Origin: Oligoflexales bacterium | GTDB lineage: Bacteria; Bdellovibrionota_B; Oligoflexia; Oligoflexales; Bog-1112 | NCBI GenBank assembly: GCA_045106415.1 | Contig: JBGCEP010000070.1 | Span: 1 to 50,519, forward strand | Direction: 5' to 3' | DNA length: 50,519 nt | In this document: positions 39,205 through 49,437 of the stretch, piece after piece | Layout: each line of letters opens with the position of its first letter | Position numbering within the stretch: the stretch's first letter is position 1 | Notes under the pieces: generated by a model | What the model saw: only the letters and a program-made list of their open reading frames with translations | Told to the model about the DNA's origin: nothing | Database searches by the model: none | Translations under genes and position numbers: made by a program

Positions 39205-39911
39205 AAAGAAGTTCTCTGCGAAATCTCTTTTCTTTTTTCCTCAAAATCTTTATCCCACACAGCCTTAAAGTTCATGTCCCAAAAAGGTACCGGGATGTAG
39301 TCAATCAATGCAAGTCGTTCCATCAAATCTTTTTCATCCTCAAAATTTCGAGAGAACTCAAATGGATTCCTATAACCTTGACCATGGTCTAACCCTGCCA
39401 CATATGGGTAACGTGACGAAGAACGTTTTTCAACCTCTTCCACGAGTTCATCATGCCTTTGAGACATTCTATTTAAAAAACATTCATCAAAAGGTCCAAA
39501 ATCAACATGATTTTCTGGGTCTTTTTGAACCCATCGAGCCCAATCAAAACCATAAATCAAGTCATGAGCGTATTGAAAACGAGTTTGCCCTCGACTAAAT
39601 GCTTTATATAACTTCTGAAAATGCTCTACACAGGCACGCTGACTTAAAAAATCTGTTTTTTTTAACAACACAGACACAAAGCCATCAAAATCCCAAAAAA
39701 TATTCTTAGGAAAACACTCTAACTGTGTCATCGCAATAGATGTAAGACTCTGCATAACAGCATTTTGCTGTTCGTGGCTCAAGCTCGTCTGCAGCCTTTC
39801 TCCGATATCCTCTAAAGTATGAGCACAATCTCGATTTGGACATAAACTTCTTGGCTCTGGCCATTTTAACTTTAAAGCAGCATCAAATTCTCGAGCTTTT
39901 TTTTGCCACAT
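39201..39911 (-). CDS. Hypothetical protein, translationally coupled to the prenyltransferase
   Basis: 236-aa ORF, GGAGG RBS, 4-bp overlap with the next gene. Conserved-looking motifs NIFWDFD and FQYAHDLIYGFDWARWV. Confidence 0.75.
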   Translation of the reverse strand: MWQKKAREFDAALKLKWPEPRSLCPNRDCAHTLEDIGERLQTSLSHEQQNAVMQSLTSIAMTQLECFPKNIFWDFDGFVSVLLKKTDFLSQRACVEHFQKLYKAFSRGQTRFQYAHDLIYGFDWARWVQKDPENHVDFGPFDECFLNRMSQRHDELVEEVEKRSSSRYPYVAGLDHGQGYRNPFEFSRNFEDEKDLMERLALIDYIPVPFWDMNFKAVWDKDFEEKRKEISQRTSL

Positions 39912-40089
39912 GCCGACCTCCCACTCACAAACAACCTGCGCACGCTATCATATTCCTCACCCACAAACATGGCAAAATATTAAACAATTTGACTATAAAG
40001 ATCACGAGACTACAAAAATAATGATTTAATATTAGACACTTATAAATGGCACAACTCTTGCTCTCTCACCTATATAAAGAAATCACATT

Positions 40090-40857
40090 TTGTATATGGA
40101 TACCATGACTATGACAGCATTAGCATTTTTCTCGGTACGAAAGAAAATATTTATTTCTATATTCTGCGCCACAGGGTTTAGCTCACTAAGTTTTGCTTCA
40201 CCCGTTTGCTTTCCTGAGAACTTGCAACCCTTAGACTTAGAAGAAGCTTTTACAAATGAAGATCTTTATACTTTAAAAGCTTCATCATGTTTTGAAAAAA
40301 TTTCAAAAACAAAAACCCCTGAAGCACAAGCTATTCGCGCTGTCACAACAGGTCGGTCATCAAATCCAGTTCTTCTTTTTGGTTATCAATGGCAAATTCA
40401 ACGACCTGAAATTTACAAATCAAAATATGGCATTACCGTTAAAGGCACTCTTTATCATGTTGGGAAAATTCAACGACCTAGCAAAATTGAATACCAATTC
40501 ACATACTCGGGCGATGGGGCAAACACCGTAAAACAGAGCCTTAAAATCCTACCGGGAAGCAGTGAGAAAAATCCTTTTACATACTTAGACAATGCTGGGA
40601 AAACAAAAAAACTAGCCTGGTTTGTTGACTTAGGACTACAAACTATTGGACTTTCTAATGTGTTTATCAATAGAGAGGTTATTGAAGACTTAGGAAAAAC
40701 AATTCTTGCAAACAGTGGTGAAGAAGAAAAAGAGCTTACATGGCAAGAACACACACCAAGCCTTGTAAAAGCACTCGCAGATCGTTCTTACTTATGGCAT
40801 CTTTATCTTTTAAACAAAGCAAAATTATCCCCTAAAAGCGGTTTCCATATCCGCTAA
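40090..40857 (+). CDS. Hypothetical exported protein
   Basis: Signal-like RKKIFISIFCATGFSSLSFA-S. Exact start uncertain. Confidence 0.7.
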   Translation: MYMDTMTMTALAFFSVRKKIFISIFCATGFSSLSFASPVCFPENLQPLDLEEAFTNEDLYTLKASSCFEKISKTKTPEAQAIRAVTTGRSSNPVLLFGYQWQIQRPEIYKSKYGITVKGTLYHVGKIQRPSKIEYQFTYSGDGANTVKQSLKILPGSSEKNPFTYLDNAGKTKKLAWFVDLGLQTIGLSNVFINREVIEDLGKTILANSGEEEKELTWQEHTPSLVKALADRSYLWHLYLLNKAKLSPKSGFHIR

Positions 40858-40948
40858 TAAAAAACCTTTTCAAGGCTCACCTTGACTCTTAAAAGGGAGT
40901 CAGCATATATTCCCAAATTCTTGGGACTTATGCAATCGGGAGCCTCCT

Positions 40949-42199
40949 ATGTCAAAATCTATTCAAAGCGCCTTCGGAATGGCTCTTAGCAGCGCATTTC
41001 TCCTTTGGGGATATGAAATCCTCAGAAGTAGTAGCATGGCTATGATCAAAGGCGCCTACGGCAGCTCTATCGTACTTATCCTTTTAATGCTAAGCCCTAT
41101 CGTTCTCACTTGTACACTCCTACTACAATCTTATATTTTACGCCGGATCGGCCCACGCAAAACGTTCTTAACCCTAGGTCTGACAGCAGCTGTCAGCATT
41201 TTGTGCTGTTGGGTTGGTATTCAATATCAATGGAAACCTTCTTTCATAGGCTTGGGCCTTCTTCAAGAGTGCTATGGACTGTTGCTTATTGAGCAATACT
41301 GGAGCCATATCAATTCGATAATGACTGTACCTGAGGGAAAAAAATTCAACGGCCGCATTATGGCCATTTCCACCTTGGGCGGCATTAGTGGTGGTTTTTG
41401 CCTTAAGTTTCTCGTCCAATCCTTCGGCAGTGAAATGATGCCTCTAATTACCGCTGGATCAATGATCCCAACCCTTCTATTAGCAAACTTTTGCTTTAAA
41501 TTATGCCCTGTCACGACAAACAAATTTGACTCTCATAAAGAACAGCAAAAGCCTCAGTGGGTTTTATTTAAAGAAAACCGTTTGCTGCTATCTTTACTTC
41601 TTATGGTAGGTGCAAGTCAAATCTACTCAGCTGTGGTTACAGTTCATTTCCACACAGCGTTGCAAGATGCTATTCCCAACGTAGATGAACAAACAGCCTG
41701 GGGTGGCCTGTTTTTTTCAAGCCTTCATATTGCAGCTTTATTCTCACAACTTGTGCTCAGTCCTCTTTTACTCAAATCACTGAAGCCTAAGCAAATTCTC
41801 TGGGGCATACCCATTGTCCAAGGATTCGTCTTTTTTCTTTCTCAGAGCACAAATCTCGCACTCCCTGCAGCAGCGAGTGCAATGATGCTTTTTAAATGCT
41901 TTGACTATTCTATTTTCAGAACCTCTAAAGAAACTTTATATATCCCCATGAACTTTGAAGAACGTTATATTGCTAAGGGCTGGATTGATGTTTTAGGTTA
42001 TCGTTTTGGTAAAGCTCTTGGATCTCTCGGCATCTCTGCCTTTACAGCTCTAGGATTTACTCACCCCTTCATCATCTCAGCCTTAGGTTTTACAAGTCTC
42101 GGACTCTGGTTTAAAGGAGCAACAAATACAAAATGTTCTCACAACGCAGCAGAGTCCTACGCAGCCACAAACCTTGAGCCAGCCACATCAACATCTTAG
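40949..42199 (+). CDS. Npt/TLC-like (ATP/ADP translocase-related) MFS transporter
   Basis: YEILRS, FWS-like YWS, DYSIFRTSKETLYIP...KGWIDVLGYRFGK; about 11-12 hydrophobic segments. Confidence 0.75.
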   Translation: MSKSIQSAFGMALSSAFLLWGYEILRSSSMAMIKGAYGSSIVLILLMLSPIVLTCTLLLQSYILRRIGPRKTFLTLGLTAAVSILCCWVGIQYQWKPSFIGLGLLQECYGLLLIEQYWSHINSIMTVPEGKKFNGRIMAISTLGGISGGFCLKFLVQSFGSEMMPLITAGSMIPTLLLANFCFKLCPVTTNKFDSHKEQQKPQWVLFKENRLLLSLLLMVGASQIYSAVVTVHFHTALQDAIPNVDEQTAWGGLFFSSLHIAALFSQLVLSPLLLKSLKPKQILWGIPIVQGFVFFLSQSTNLALPAAASAMMLFKCFDYSIFRTSKETLYIPMNFEERYIAKGWIDVLGYRFGKALGSLGISAFTALGFTHPFIISALGFTSLGLWFKGATNTKCSHNAAESYAATNLEPATSTS

Positions 42200-42213
42200 A
42201 CAAAAGAGATACT

Positions 42214-42618
42214 GTGATTGCTTTACTTCTTTATTTACTGATTCTGATTGTCGCTCAAACTTTTGTAGCTCCATGCCTTCGCTACATTCACTCTGGTCTC
42301 AGTTTTAGAGAGATTTTACATATAGGTCTTGGATCAAGAGATCAAATGCCTCCTATGTCGATTTTCTGCGAAAGAGCCGCTCGCGCACAAAAAAATATGC
42401 AAGAAGCTATTCCTATTTTACTCTCTCTTTTTTTCTTGTGTATCATCTTAAAAATAGATTCCCAACAAGCTCAGGACAGTGCTTCTCTTATTCTTGTTTC
42501 TCGCTTACTTTATATTCCTGCATACATTTCTGGCCTAAAAGGACTCAGGAGTTTTTTTTGGGTCACAAGCTGGATCGGCATTGCTATCATGCTTTCTTGT
42601 ATTATTGCCCACATCTAA
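42214..42618 (+). CDS. MAPEG family membrane protein
   Basis: RAARAQKNMQE...SRLLYIPAY...LRS. Confidence 0.85.
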   Translation: MIALLLYLLILIVAQTFVAPCLRYIHSGLSFREILHIGLGSRDQMPPMSIFCERAARAQKNMQEAIPILLSLFFLCIILKIDSQQAQDSASLILVSRLLYIPAYISGLKGLRSFFWVTSWIGIAIMLSCIIAHI

Positions 42619-42639
42619 AGACACAATAACAAACACACT

Positions 42640-43266
42640 CTACTTTTTAATAATAAGGTTCATTCCATCTCGAACTGATAACAGAACATTTTCAACACGC
42701 TCATCTCGCACGATCTTTTCATTTAAACTTGCAATTGCATAGTCAGCTGATGTTTTCGGGTCAAGAACATTCCCACTCCACAGAGCATTATCAACAACAA
42801 TAGCTCCACCTCTGCGTAGCTTTTCTAGTGCCAATTCATAATAAGTTGAATATTTTTCCTTATCTGCATCAATAAAAACTAAATCAAAGTCTCCATCTGT
42901 TTGTTTTATAGAGTGATCAGCAGAACCTTCTAAAATCTTAATTTTGTGATGATAAGGGCTTTGTTTAAAAAATCTTTTTGCAAAATCAATCGCTTTTGTA
43001 TCAATCTCACAACAAAACAACTGCCCATCATCAGGCAAAGACTCCGCCATAGACAAACTGGCATAGCCAGAAAACATTCCAATTTCAAGAATTTTTCTCG
43101 CATTCATCAGCTGTACTAAAATCTTTAAAAAACGACCACTCACACGACTGCTCATCATTCCCGCGTCTTGAAACTCTTCACAAGTCTTACGAGAGAGTTC
43201 TTGCAACAGTTCTGGCTCATTTTTTGTCATACGGTCTATATACTCTTCTAGAACGTTTGATAGCAT
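42640..43266 (-). CDS. Class I SAM-dependent O-methyltransferase (caffeoyl-CoA OMT-like)
   Basis: ILEIGMFSGY, FDLVFIDADK, VVDNALWSG, RDG. ATG 43266 after GAGG. Confidence 0.92.
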   Translation of the reverse strand: MLSNVLEEYIDRMTKNEPELLQELSRKTCEEFQDAGMMSSRVSGRFLKILVQLMNARKILEIGMFSGYASLSMAESLPDDGQLFCCEIDTKAIDFAKRFFKQSPYHHKIKILEGSADHSIKQTDGDFDLVFIDADKEKYSTYYELALEKLRRGGAIVVDNALWSGNVLDPKTSADYAIASLNEKIVRDERVENVLLSVRDGMNLIIKK

Positions 43267-43413
43267 CAAAAACCTCTTTTTTAAATACCGATACACCATC
43301 TTGTCTATAAATCAAAAATTTCTCAAGACAACAGCGCTCATTTTTTATACAAGACCCATAAGCCCTTACACAAAACGGGCCATCACACATGACTTCTAAA
43401 CATATGGCTTCCT

Positions 43414-43977
43414 ATGAAAACGATCGTCTTTGACCTTGAAATGAACCAACCATCAGGAACAATTATTGAAATCGGCGCCGTCAAAGTTGATTTAAAAAAC
43501 CGTCGTATCGAAGATCGTTTTCAAAGTTTTTGCAGACTCGACAATGAAGATTTGAATCCAGAGATTACAACTTTGACAAATATTCAACCAGAAGACTTAA
43601 CCAAAGCACCTCATTTTAAGGATGCAAGCCTTCAGTTTTGGAAATGGTTTTCAGAAGCTGGTTGCGGAAAGCGTCTAACCGCCTGGGGTCATGATACAGA
43701 TATTTTGAAAAAAGCGTGCGACAAACAATCCATTCCATACCCAGAAAAAATCAAAGTATTTGATCTTTGCTCAATCAGTGAAGTTTTTCGATTTGCAGCT
43801 GATTTTCCTAAAAAACACCGCGGTGGGTTAAAGTCTTCTCTCGAAGGCTTCCAAATCCCCTTTGAAGGAAGCCAGCATAGAGCTCTAGATGATGCTCAGG
43901 CGACAGCGCAACTGTTCATCCACCTCTATCAAATGGCCCGAAAAAGTTTTCAAGTACAGTCTCTATTTAAAAGCTAA
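43414..43977 (+). CDS. DEDDh 3'-5' exonuclease
   Basis: VFDLE, IIEIGAV, HRALDDA. Confidence 0.9.
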   Translation: MKTIVFDLEMNQPSGTIIEIGAVKVDLKNRRIEDRFQSFCRLDNEDLNPEITTLTNIQPEDLTKAPHFKDASLQFWKWFSEAGCGKRLTAWGHDTDILKKACDKQSIPYPEKIKVFDLCSISEVFRFAADFPKKHRGGLKSSLEGFQIPFEGSQHRALDDAQATAQLFIHLYQMARKSFQVQSLFKS

Positions 43978-44084
43978 CATGCAGTTTCGCCGATAGATAT
44001 AAAACGCATAACTTCTCTCATCAAAAAAATTGATGATTTTACATCACTTATCCAGCCTTATAAGCGACAGAAGTCATTAGGTTT

Positions 44085-44816
44085 TTAGTGTACTGCTGTC
44101 AACCCCATGAGATTTACTTGAGGCTCAGGACAATAAATATCACGCCGAGCCTCTAAATCTCTCACGACTGCTCGCGTAAATTCCGCAGGAGCTGTCGCAA
44201 TCTTATTTTTATACTCAGAAATCGTAAAAAGCTCCATTCTCACCGAAATTTTTTTAAAAACCCTCGGTAATCTTTGTCCTGGGGCATAGACATGATGCAG
44301 ACCACCACTATACAGCATAAGCATACGACCGTGACTCATCTGTTGAATCACATCCGCAATACCACCTTTTACAGTCATAGGTTGCCCATTTTTATCTAAA
44401 CCATCCAGGCGCCTCATGCGGCCTTCTGGAGCTATAGCAACAACCGCCTTGTCACAAACCTGATCCATAAAACCACTCCAAGTCTTATCTCTTTTTCGAG
44501 TCAACCGGACAGCCTTTGGAGCTAAGGTTTTCAAAAAACGACCAATAAGAGGGCGATCAAGCGTCACATCAGCAATCGGCACAACCGCTTGCTTAGCAAG
44601 AACCCACAACATTCTATTTGGGAGGAGACATAAGTAGATTGGCTCAAACAAACTAGTGTGATTCAAAAGTGTTAAGACACGGGTTTCTTTAAGTTGTTTT
44701 TTCAGATCATAGCTATTGACATGGCCACAATCACCAACCCAATCAACAGAAAACTTATAAAACACACGACCAAACGCTTTTACTGCCAAAAACAGAAAAA
44801 AACGAAGAACAGCCAT
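44085..44816 (-). CDS. Lysophospholipid acyltransferase family protein
   Basis: NHTSLFEP (HX4D/E) and IAPEGR. ATG 44816 after AGGAG. Confidence 0.8.
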   Translation of the reverse strand: MAVLRFFLFLAVKAFGRVFYKFSVDWVGDCGHVNSYDLKKQLKETRVLTLLNHTSLFEPIYLCLLPNRMLWVLAKQAVVPIADVTLDRPLIGRFLKTLAPKAVRLTRKRDKTWSGFMDQVCDKAVVAIAPEGRMRRLDGLDKNGQPMTVKGGIADVIQQMSHGRMLMLYSGGLHHVYAPGQRLPRVFKKISVRMELFTISEYKNKIATAPAEFTRAVVRDLEARRDIYCPEPQVNLMGLTAVH

Positions 44817-45212
44817 TGTCTTTCTCCTAACCAAAAAGGTCGTACGCCATAAAAAACGCTACAACTTTACTGAGGCAGCCTCTAAAACAATCAAAAGTAT
44901 TTCAGAGACTCTGGTGCTTATATGAAAAAGAAGAACATCATGTCAAGACCACTCTACAAAAAAGACTTTATAATTCCCGATGTTTTCAGTCACATGTGAC
45001 AATAAGAGCTGGGAATTTTTCTCACCTACCTTATATTAATAATACGTTGCTCAAAAAAATAGAATATAAGTGTCAAGTCCAGACCTCAAACAATTGCCCT
45101 TTCCACAACAATTTTAAATACGATGTATTTTACAGCTAGAGGCAGATCGATTTATGATAAAAAGATAAGTTTGAGAACACACGTAATAAACACTCTTTTC
45201 ATTCAAGGGAAC

Positions 45213-46259
45213 ATGATGATGAATTTTAAACCCTCGCTCAACATTCACCATTTTCTAACCTTTGTTTATCTCGTCATATGCCCTCAGCAACTCTTACACG
45301 CTGCAGCCCCTTGGGTTGAACATCGACCAGGTGGAGAGACTCGGTGCGCTCGAGGAGAGGCTTTTTCCTTTTTCCATAATCCTGGATCTCAAAATAAAAT
45401 TATTATCGATTTTATTGGCGGTGGTGCTTGCTGGGATGGAATGACTTGCCAACCAGGTTCACAGACATTTTTTGACAGTATTGACGCCGTTCGAGAGGAA
45501 CAAAAAAATGGACTCGACGGTATATATCGTAAAGACTCTTCAGACAACCCCTTTAAAGACTGGACTCATGTTGTCATCCCTTATTGCACAGGAGATGTTC
45601 ACTGGGGAAAAAATGACATCAGCTATGAAACCATGCGCGGTGAAGAGTTTGTCATTCATCACCGTGGTGCAAGTAATGCAGCTGCTGTAATCCGGTGGGT
45701 TGCAGACAACTACCAACCGGAAGATGTTTTAATTACAGGATGCAGCGCTGGAGCCTACGGATCAGTCTTCTGGACTCCTGAAATCAGAAAAGTCTTTCCA
45801 AATGCAAACATGGCTCAATTTGGAGATAGCGGTGCAGGAATTATCCCAGAGTTATTTTTTGAACATCTCAACCAAGTATGGAAGCCTTTTTTATCGGCAC
45901 CGGAATGGATTCCAGGAGTCAATCCAAACAACATCGACTGGTCACACATGACTCTAAATCAATATTATGAAGCCGTACTTGCATCTCACTCTGATGTTTT
46001 TATGTCACAATTTCATCATACTGAAGATCAAATTCAACAATTTTTCTATGAACTTATGATGGGAGACCCTCAAGAGTGGGCAACTCAACTCAAAGATTCG
46101 ATGTCAGAACTACAGCAAAACTCCCACTTCAAGGCCGTTATGCGACCAGGGCGTACTCACTGTGTTCTTCCTGAAGCGGAGTTTCTAGAATCAAAAGATG
46201 GGAAACCAAGCGTTGCAAACTGGCTCTATGAATACATGCAAATCCAGAATAAATCTTAA
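45213..46259 (+). CDS. Pectinacetylesterase/Notum-family hydrolase, secreted
   Basis: GGGACWD, NPFKDW, IPYCTGDVH, TGCSAG, DSG. Signal-like N-terminus from ATG 45213. Confidence 0.88.
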   Translation: MMMNFKPSLNIHHFLTFVYLVICPQQLLHAAAPWVEHRPGGETRCARGEAFSFFHNPGSQNKIIIDFIGGGACWDGMTCQPGSQTFFDSIDAVREEQKNGLDGIYRKDSSDNPFKDWTHVVIPYCTGDVHWGKNDISYETMRGEEFVIHHRGASNAAAVIRWVADNYQPEDVLITGCSAGAYGSVFWTPEIRKVFPNANMAQFGDSGAGIIPELFFEHLNQVWKPFLSAPEWIPGVNPNNIDWSHMTLNQYYEAVLASHSDVFMSQFHHTEDQIQQFFYELMMGDPQEWATQLKDSMSELQQNSHFKAVMRPGRTHCVLPEAEFLESKDGKPSVANWLYEYMQIQNKS

Positions 46260-46275
46260 AAAAGTTTGTTCACGC

Positions 46276-46971
46276 CTACTCGACCTGCACTTCCACATCT
46301 TGGATATTTTCACCCCTCATCACTTTCATCATAGCCTCCTTATCTCCTCGCATACTTTTGAGGAGACGGACCGCTTTTGCAACATTATCCAAGCGAATAC
46401 CATTCATTTCTGTGATAATATCTCCATCCACAAGCCCCATTTTTTCATATATACTTCCGGGTTCAATACGAGAAATTTCAAATCCTGTAATTCTCCCACC
46501 CGAAAACATCGGTACTACAGATGCTTGCATCAAAATTTTCCCCAGCTGATTATCAAGCATTTCAGTCTTATAAGCCGAGGTCACTCGAATCTTTCCAGCA
46601 ACCCGCTCAAAACCTTCTTCAGAATATCGATCTTGATGGATGGTTTTGGTTTTCATTGGTCTTTCTATTTGAACTGTTTCTGGTGCTCGAAACCGATCTT
46701 TAAATATATCGATTTTCTCTTCACCTTTTTGTAGCCTCATTTTCTCTTCAGAAATAGCCAGAACTTCCCAGCCTTCTATGTCGTGCCCGACACGCAAAGC
46801 CATCACTCGACTTGTTTCTACATTTTTAATCAATACGACGTTGTTTTTCGGACCGTTTCCGACGATACTTCCCATAATTAATATATTAGGTCCGGCTGCA
46901 TCACTTTGAGCAAAGAGATGTGTCAAAATAAGGAGCCCGAACCATATGGATCGCATGAATGTCATATTCAC
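46276..46971 (-). CDS. Type II secretion GspC-like protein with PDZ domain (stand-alone)
   Basis: N-terminal hydrophobic segment, HR-like domain, then GFEISRIEPGSIYEKMGLVDGDIITEMNG. Confidence 0.75.
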   Translation of the reverse strand: MNMTFMRSIWFGLLILTHLFAQSDAAGPNILIMGSIVGNGPKNNVVLIKNVETSRVMALRVGHDIEGWEVLAISEEKMRLQKGEEKIDIFKDRFRAPETVQIERPMKTKTIHQDRYSEEGFERVAGKIRVTSAYKTEMLDNQLGKILMQASVVPMFSGGRITGFEISRIEPGSIYEKMGLVDGDIITEMNGIRLDNVAKAVRLLKSMRGDKEAMMKVMRGENIQDVEVQVE

Positions 46972-47052
46972 CTTCTCTACAACGTCCTCTCATGCTCATC
47001 GGACAAAACACAAAACAATTAAAAATCTTTATTTCCTAAGGGGAAGTCGGCT

Positions 47053-47763
47053 ATGGAAAAAGTAAATCGTAAAAACATTAGAAAAACACTCTCCAAAAAA
47101 GTAGGTCAACTCAATGATATTGTTGCTGATTTCGATGAAATCCTCTCTCTCCTAGAGGTTGATTTTTACCGTGTTGCTATTTTTGGGTCAGCAAGACTAC
47201 AACCAGAAACAGAGCTTTATCGCCAAGCTTATGATTTAGCCTACAAACTCGGTACCATGGGAGTCGATGTTGTGACTGGCGGAGGGCCAGGACTTATGGA
47301 TGCGGCAAATCGTGGAGTCAAAGCAGGTGGGGCTGAAAGTCGCTCTATTGGCCTTCCTATCTCTTTACCTTTTGAGTCGGACGCGAATAACCACCTTGAC
47401 GTCAAACATGAGCACAGACGATTTTCCTCACGTCTTGATGAGTTTATGCGGATTAGCCATGCTGTAATTGTTACCCCAGGGGGTATTGGTACAGTTCTTG
47501 AGCTGATGTACACATGGCAGCTCATACAAGTGAAGCACATTCAGCCTCGGCCTTTCTTCTTAATTGATTCCGACGGTATGTGGGCAGATTTTCTGAAATG
47601 GTTTGAAGAGCATCCTGTTCAAAAAAAGCTCATGTCACAAACAGACATGGATATGATTACTGTCTGCTCGGATGTTGATGAAGTCATTCAAATTCTTCAG
47701 CCGAAAATATCAGAATTTGCAGTCTCTCGTCACAAGCACGGATCCCACAGCAACCCTCTATAA
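47053..47763 (+). CDS. LOG family (Rossmann-fold nucleotide-binding) protein
   Basis: IFGSAR, TGGGPGLMDAAN, PGGIGTVLE. Confidence 0.9.
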   Translation: MEKVNRKNIRKTLSKKVGQLNDIVADFDEILSLLEVDFYRVAIFGSARLQPETELYRQAYDLAYKLGTMGVDVVTGGGPGLMDAANRGVKAGGAESRSIGLPISLPFESDANNHLDVKHEHRRFSSRLDEFMRISHAVIVTPGGIGTVLELMYTWQLIQVKHIQPRPFFLIDSDGMWADFLKWFEEHPVQKKLMSQTDMDMITVCSDVDEVIQILQPKISEFAVSRHKHGSHSNPL

Positions 47764-47775
47764 ATAAAAATAAAA

Positions 47776-47807
47776 AATCAGCTTAGTTCAATAAAACTAA
47801 GCTGATT
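47776..47807 (+). terminator. Hairpin after the LOG gene, probable terminator
   Basis: AATCAGCTTAGTT-N6-AACTAAGCTGATT. Confidence 0.55.
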
Positions 47808-47879
47808 CATCTTTTCCCTTAAGATTATGGGCTCATGTGACGAAAAAAGTCATGAGTTACGGCTCTTAATGGAGGAATT

Positions 47880-48335
47880 ATGGAAGACCGCAGACGAGAA
47901 ACCAAGAAACAAGCCCCTCGCTTTTCTTTTTCTGAAGATGAGATTAATGTTTCAGCAAAAACCATCGGCAGCCTTGAAAGTTTCCAGCTCACAGCTGAGA
48001 ATGTTTCAGACACCGGTCTCTTAATCACCTGGAATCGTGATCCATCTATTCCATTCTGCCAGAGTACAATTCTAGAAATCAATATTGATCCTGTTGGGGA
48101 ATGGTTACTTGAGCCTTTACAGTGCTTGGGAAAAGTTGTCCGCAGAGAAGACGACTATGGAGAAGTTCGATTCGGTATTAACATTGTCCAAATGGGCGCC
48201 GAAGAACAAGAGCAATGGGAATCATGTGTTCGCCACCTCAGCGATAGTGGGAACCCTGCTGTTTGGTTTGATGGACAACAAGAACAAGAGTATGAAGAAG
48301 AGGCAACGCAGCTTGTTGCACCAGTTCAAGCATAG
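47880..48335 (+). CDS. PilZ domain protein
   Basis: GGAGG RBS; KQAPRF, NVSDTGL, GKVVR, FGINI. Confidence 0.75.
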   Translation: MEDRRRETKKQAPRFSFSEDEINVSAKTIGSLESFQLTAENVSDTGLLITWNRDPSIPFCQSTILEINIDPVGEWLLEPLQCLGKVVRREDDYGEVRFGINIVQMGAEEQEQWESCVRHLSDSGNPAVWFDGQQEQEYEEEATQLVAPVQA

Positions 48336-48474
48336 TCGCTCTTCTGTAAAAAACCCTCTTTTCCTCGGTTTCAAAACCTTCAGATAGACAGCTTCTCTCA
48401 ATTCACTTAAAATTGAATAAAAATACGTCGTAACAAAAAAGACTTACACCATTTGTAAGCTTTAGGAGATACTC

Positions 48475-49437
48475 TTGAAACACAAGACTCCTGAGGTTCG
48501 CCTCTTCTGGTCTGGTTTGACACTGCTTTTTGTTTCTATGTTTACAATTGGTGTTTTACGCTATTCCCAGCCTGTCGCAAAAACAACGACTTTAACAAAA
48601 ACAACTTACACCCCCCCTCAGTCTGCTCGCATAAGAGAGTCACCCTTCCCTCAAAAACCAGATGAACACCCAAAGAAAAAAAGCATAACCCCTTCACACT
48701 CTAAGTTCACAGTTCACGCACCGACAGTGACATCTCCAACCAGAGACATCCAGCTACAAACAATCCGCAGAGAAGTTGACAAAGGAAATTCAGATCACGC
48801 TATTGAACTGTTAAAAAGATTCCTTGAAGACGACCCTTCCCATGAAGTTGCTCTCATGGAGCTAGCCATGATTCAACTCATCGATCAACAATCTCCACGA
48901 ATGGCACAAGAAACTTTTGAATCTATCTTACACATTAATCCAAACCATCAAATGGCACTCATCGAGCTTCTCGGTTTGTATGAAGATAACGATCTTATTG
49001 ATGAAGGTTGTCAATTTTTAAAAGAAATTTACGAGAGAACACCTCATGCATCTAAAATTGCCTTAGCACTTGGTCAATTTTACGCGCAAGAAAACAACCA
49101 AGACGAAGCTCTTATTTGGTTGGAGCGAGCAGCTCTTCAAGATGAAGAAAAACCCACAGCTTTATCCATGCTTGCAGATATTTGGTTAGAAATGGGATAT
49201 TTTCAAAAATCATGGGATATATTCGAACGACTCATCGATTATTACCACAGCAGCAAAGAAGAGTCCTTTCATGAACAAGCGATAGCAACACGTATTGGAC
49301 AACTTGAAATGTTAATCCATTTGAATCGTTTTGAAGAAGCAAAAGATAACCTTTCGGCTTGGATACAAAACTCACCACCCGAAGAACAAGAACCCCTCTC
49401 AGAACTCATGGTCATTTTAAAAAAAGCACAGGGATAG
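48475..49437 (+). CDS. Membrane-anchored TPR protein
   Basis: N-terminal TM, Pro/Thr-rich linker, several TPR-like repeats (AIELLKRFLEDDPSH; FESILHINPNH; ALGQFY). Confidence 0.82.
   Translation: MKHKTPEVRLFWSGLTLLFVSMFTIGVLRYSQPVAKTTTLTKTTYTPPQSARIRESPFPQKPDEHPKKKSITPSHSKFTVHAPTVTSPTRDIQLQTIRREVDKGNSDHAIELLKRFLEDDPSHEVALMELAMIQLIDQQSPRMAQETFESILHINPNHQMALIELLGLYEDNDLIDEGCQFLKEIYERTPHASKIALALGQFYAQENNQDEALIWLERAALQDEEKPTALSMLADIWLEMGYFQKSWDIFERLIDYYHSSKEESFHEQAIATRIGQLEMLIHLNRFEEAKDNLSAWIQNSPPEEQEPLSELMVILKKAQG

Noticed and set aside
43989..43996. GCCGATAG sigma28-like -10 box after the exonuclease
   Set aside because: No correctly oriented gene downstream and the -35 spacing is poor.
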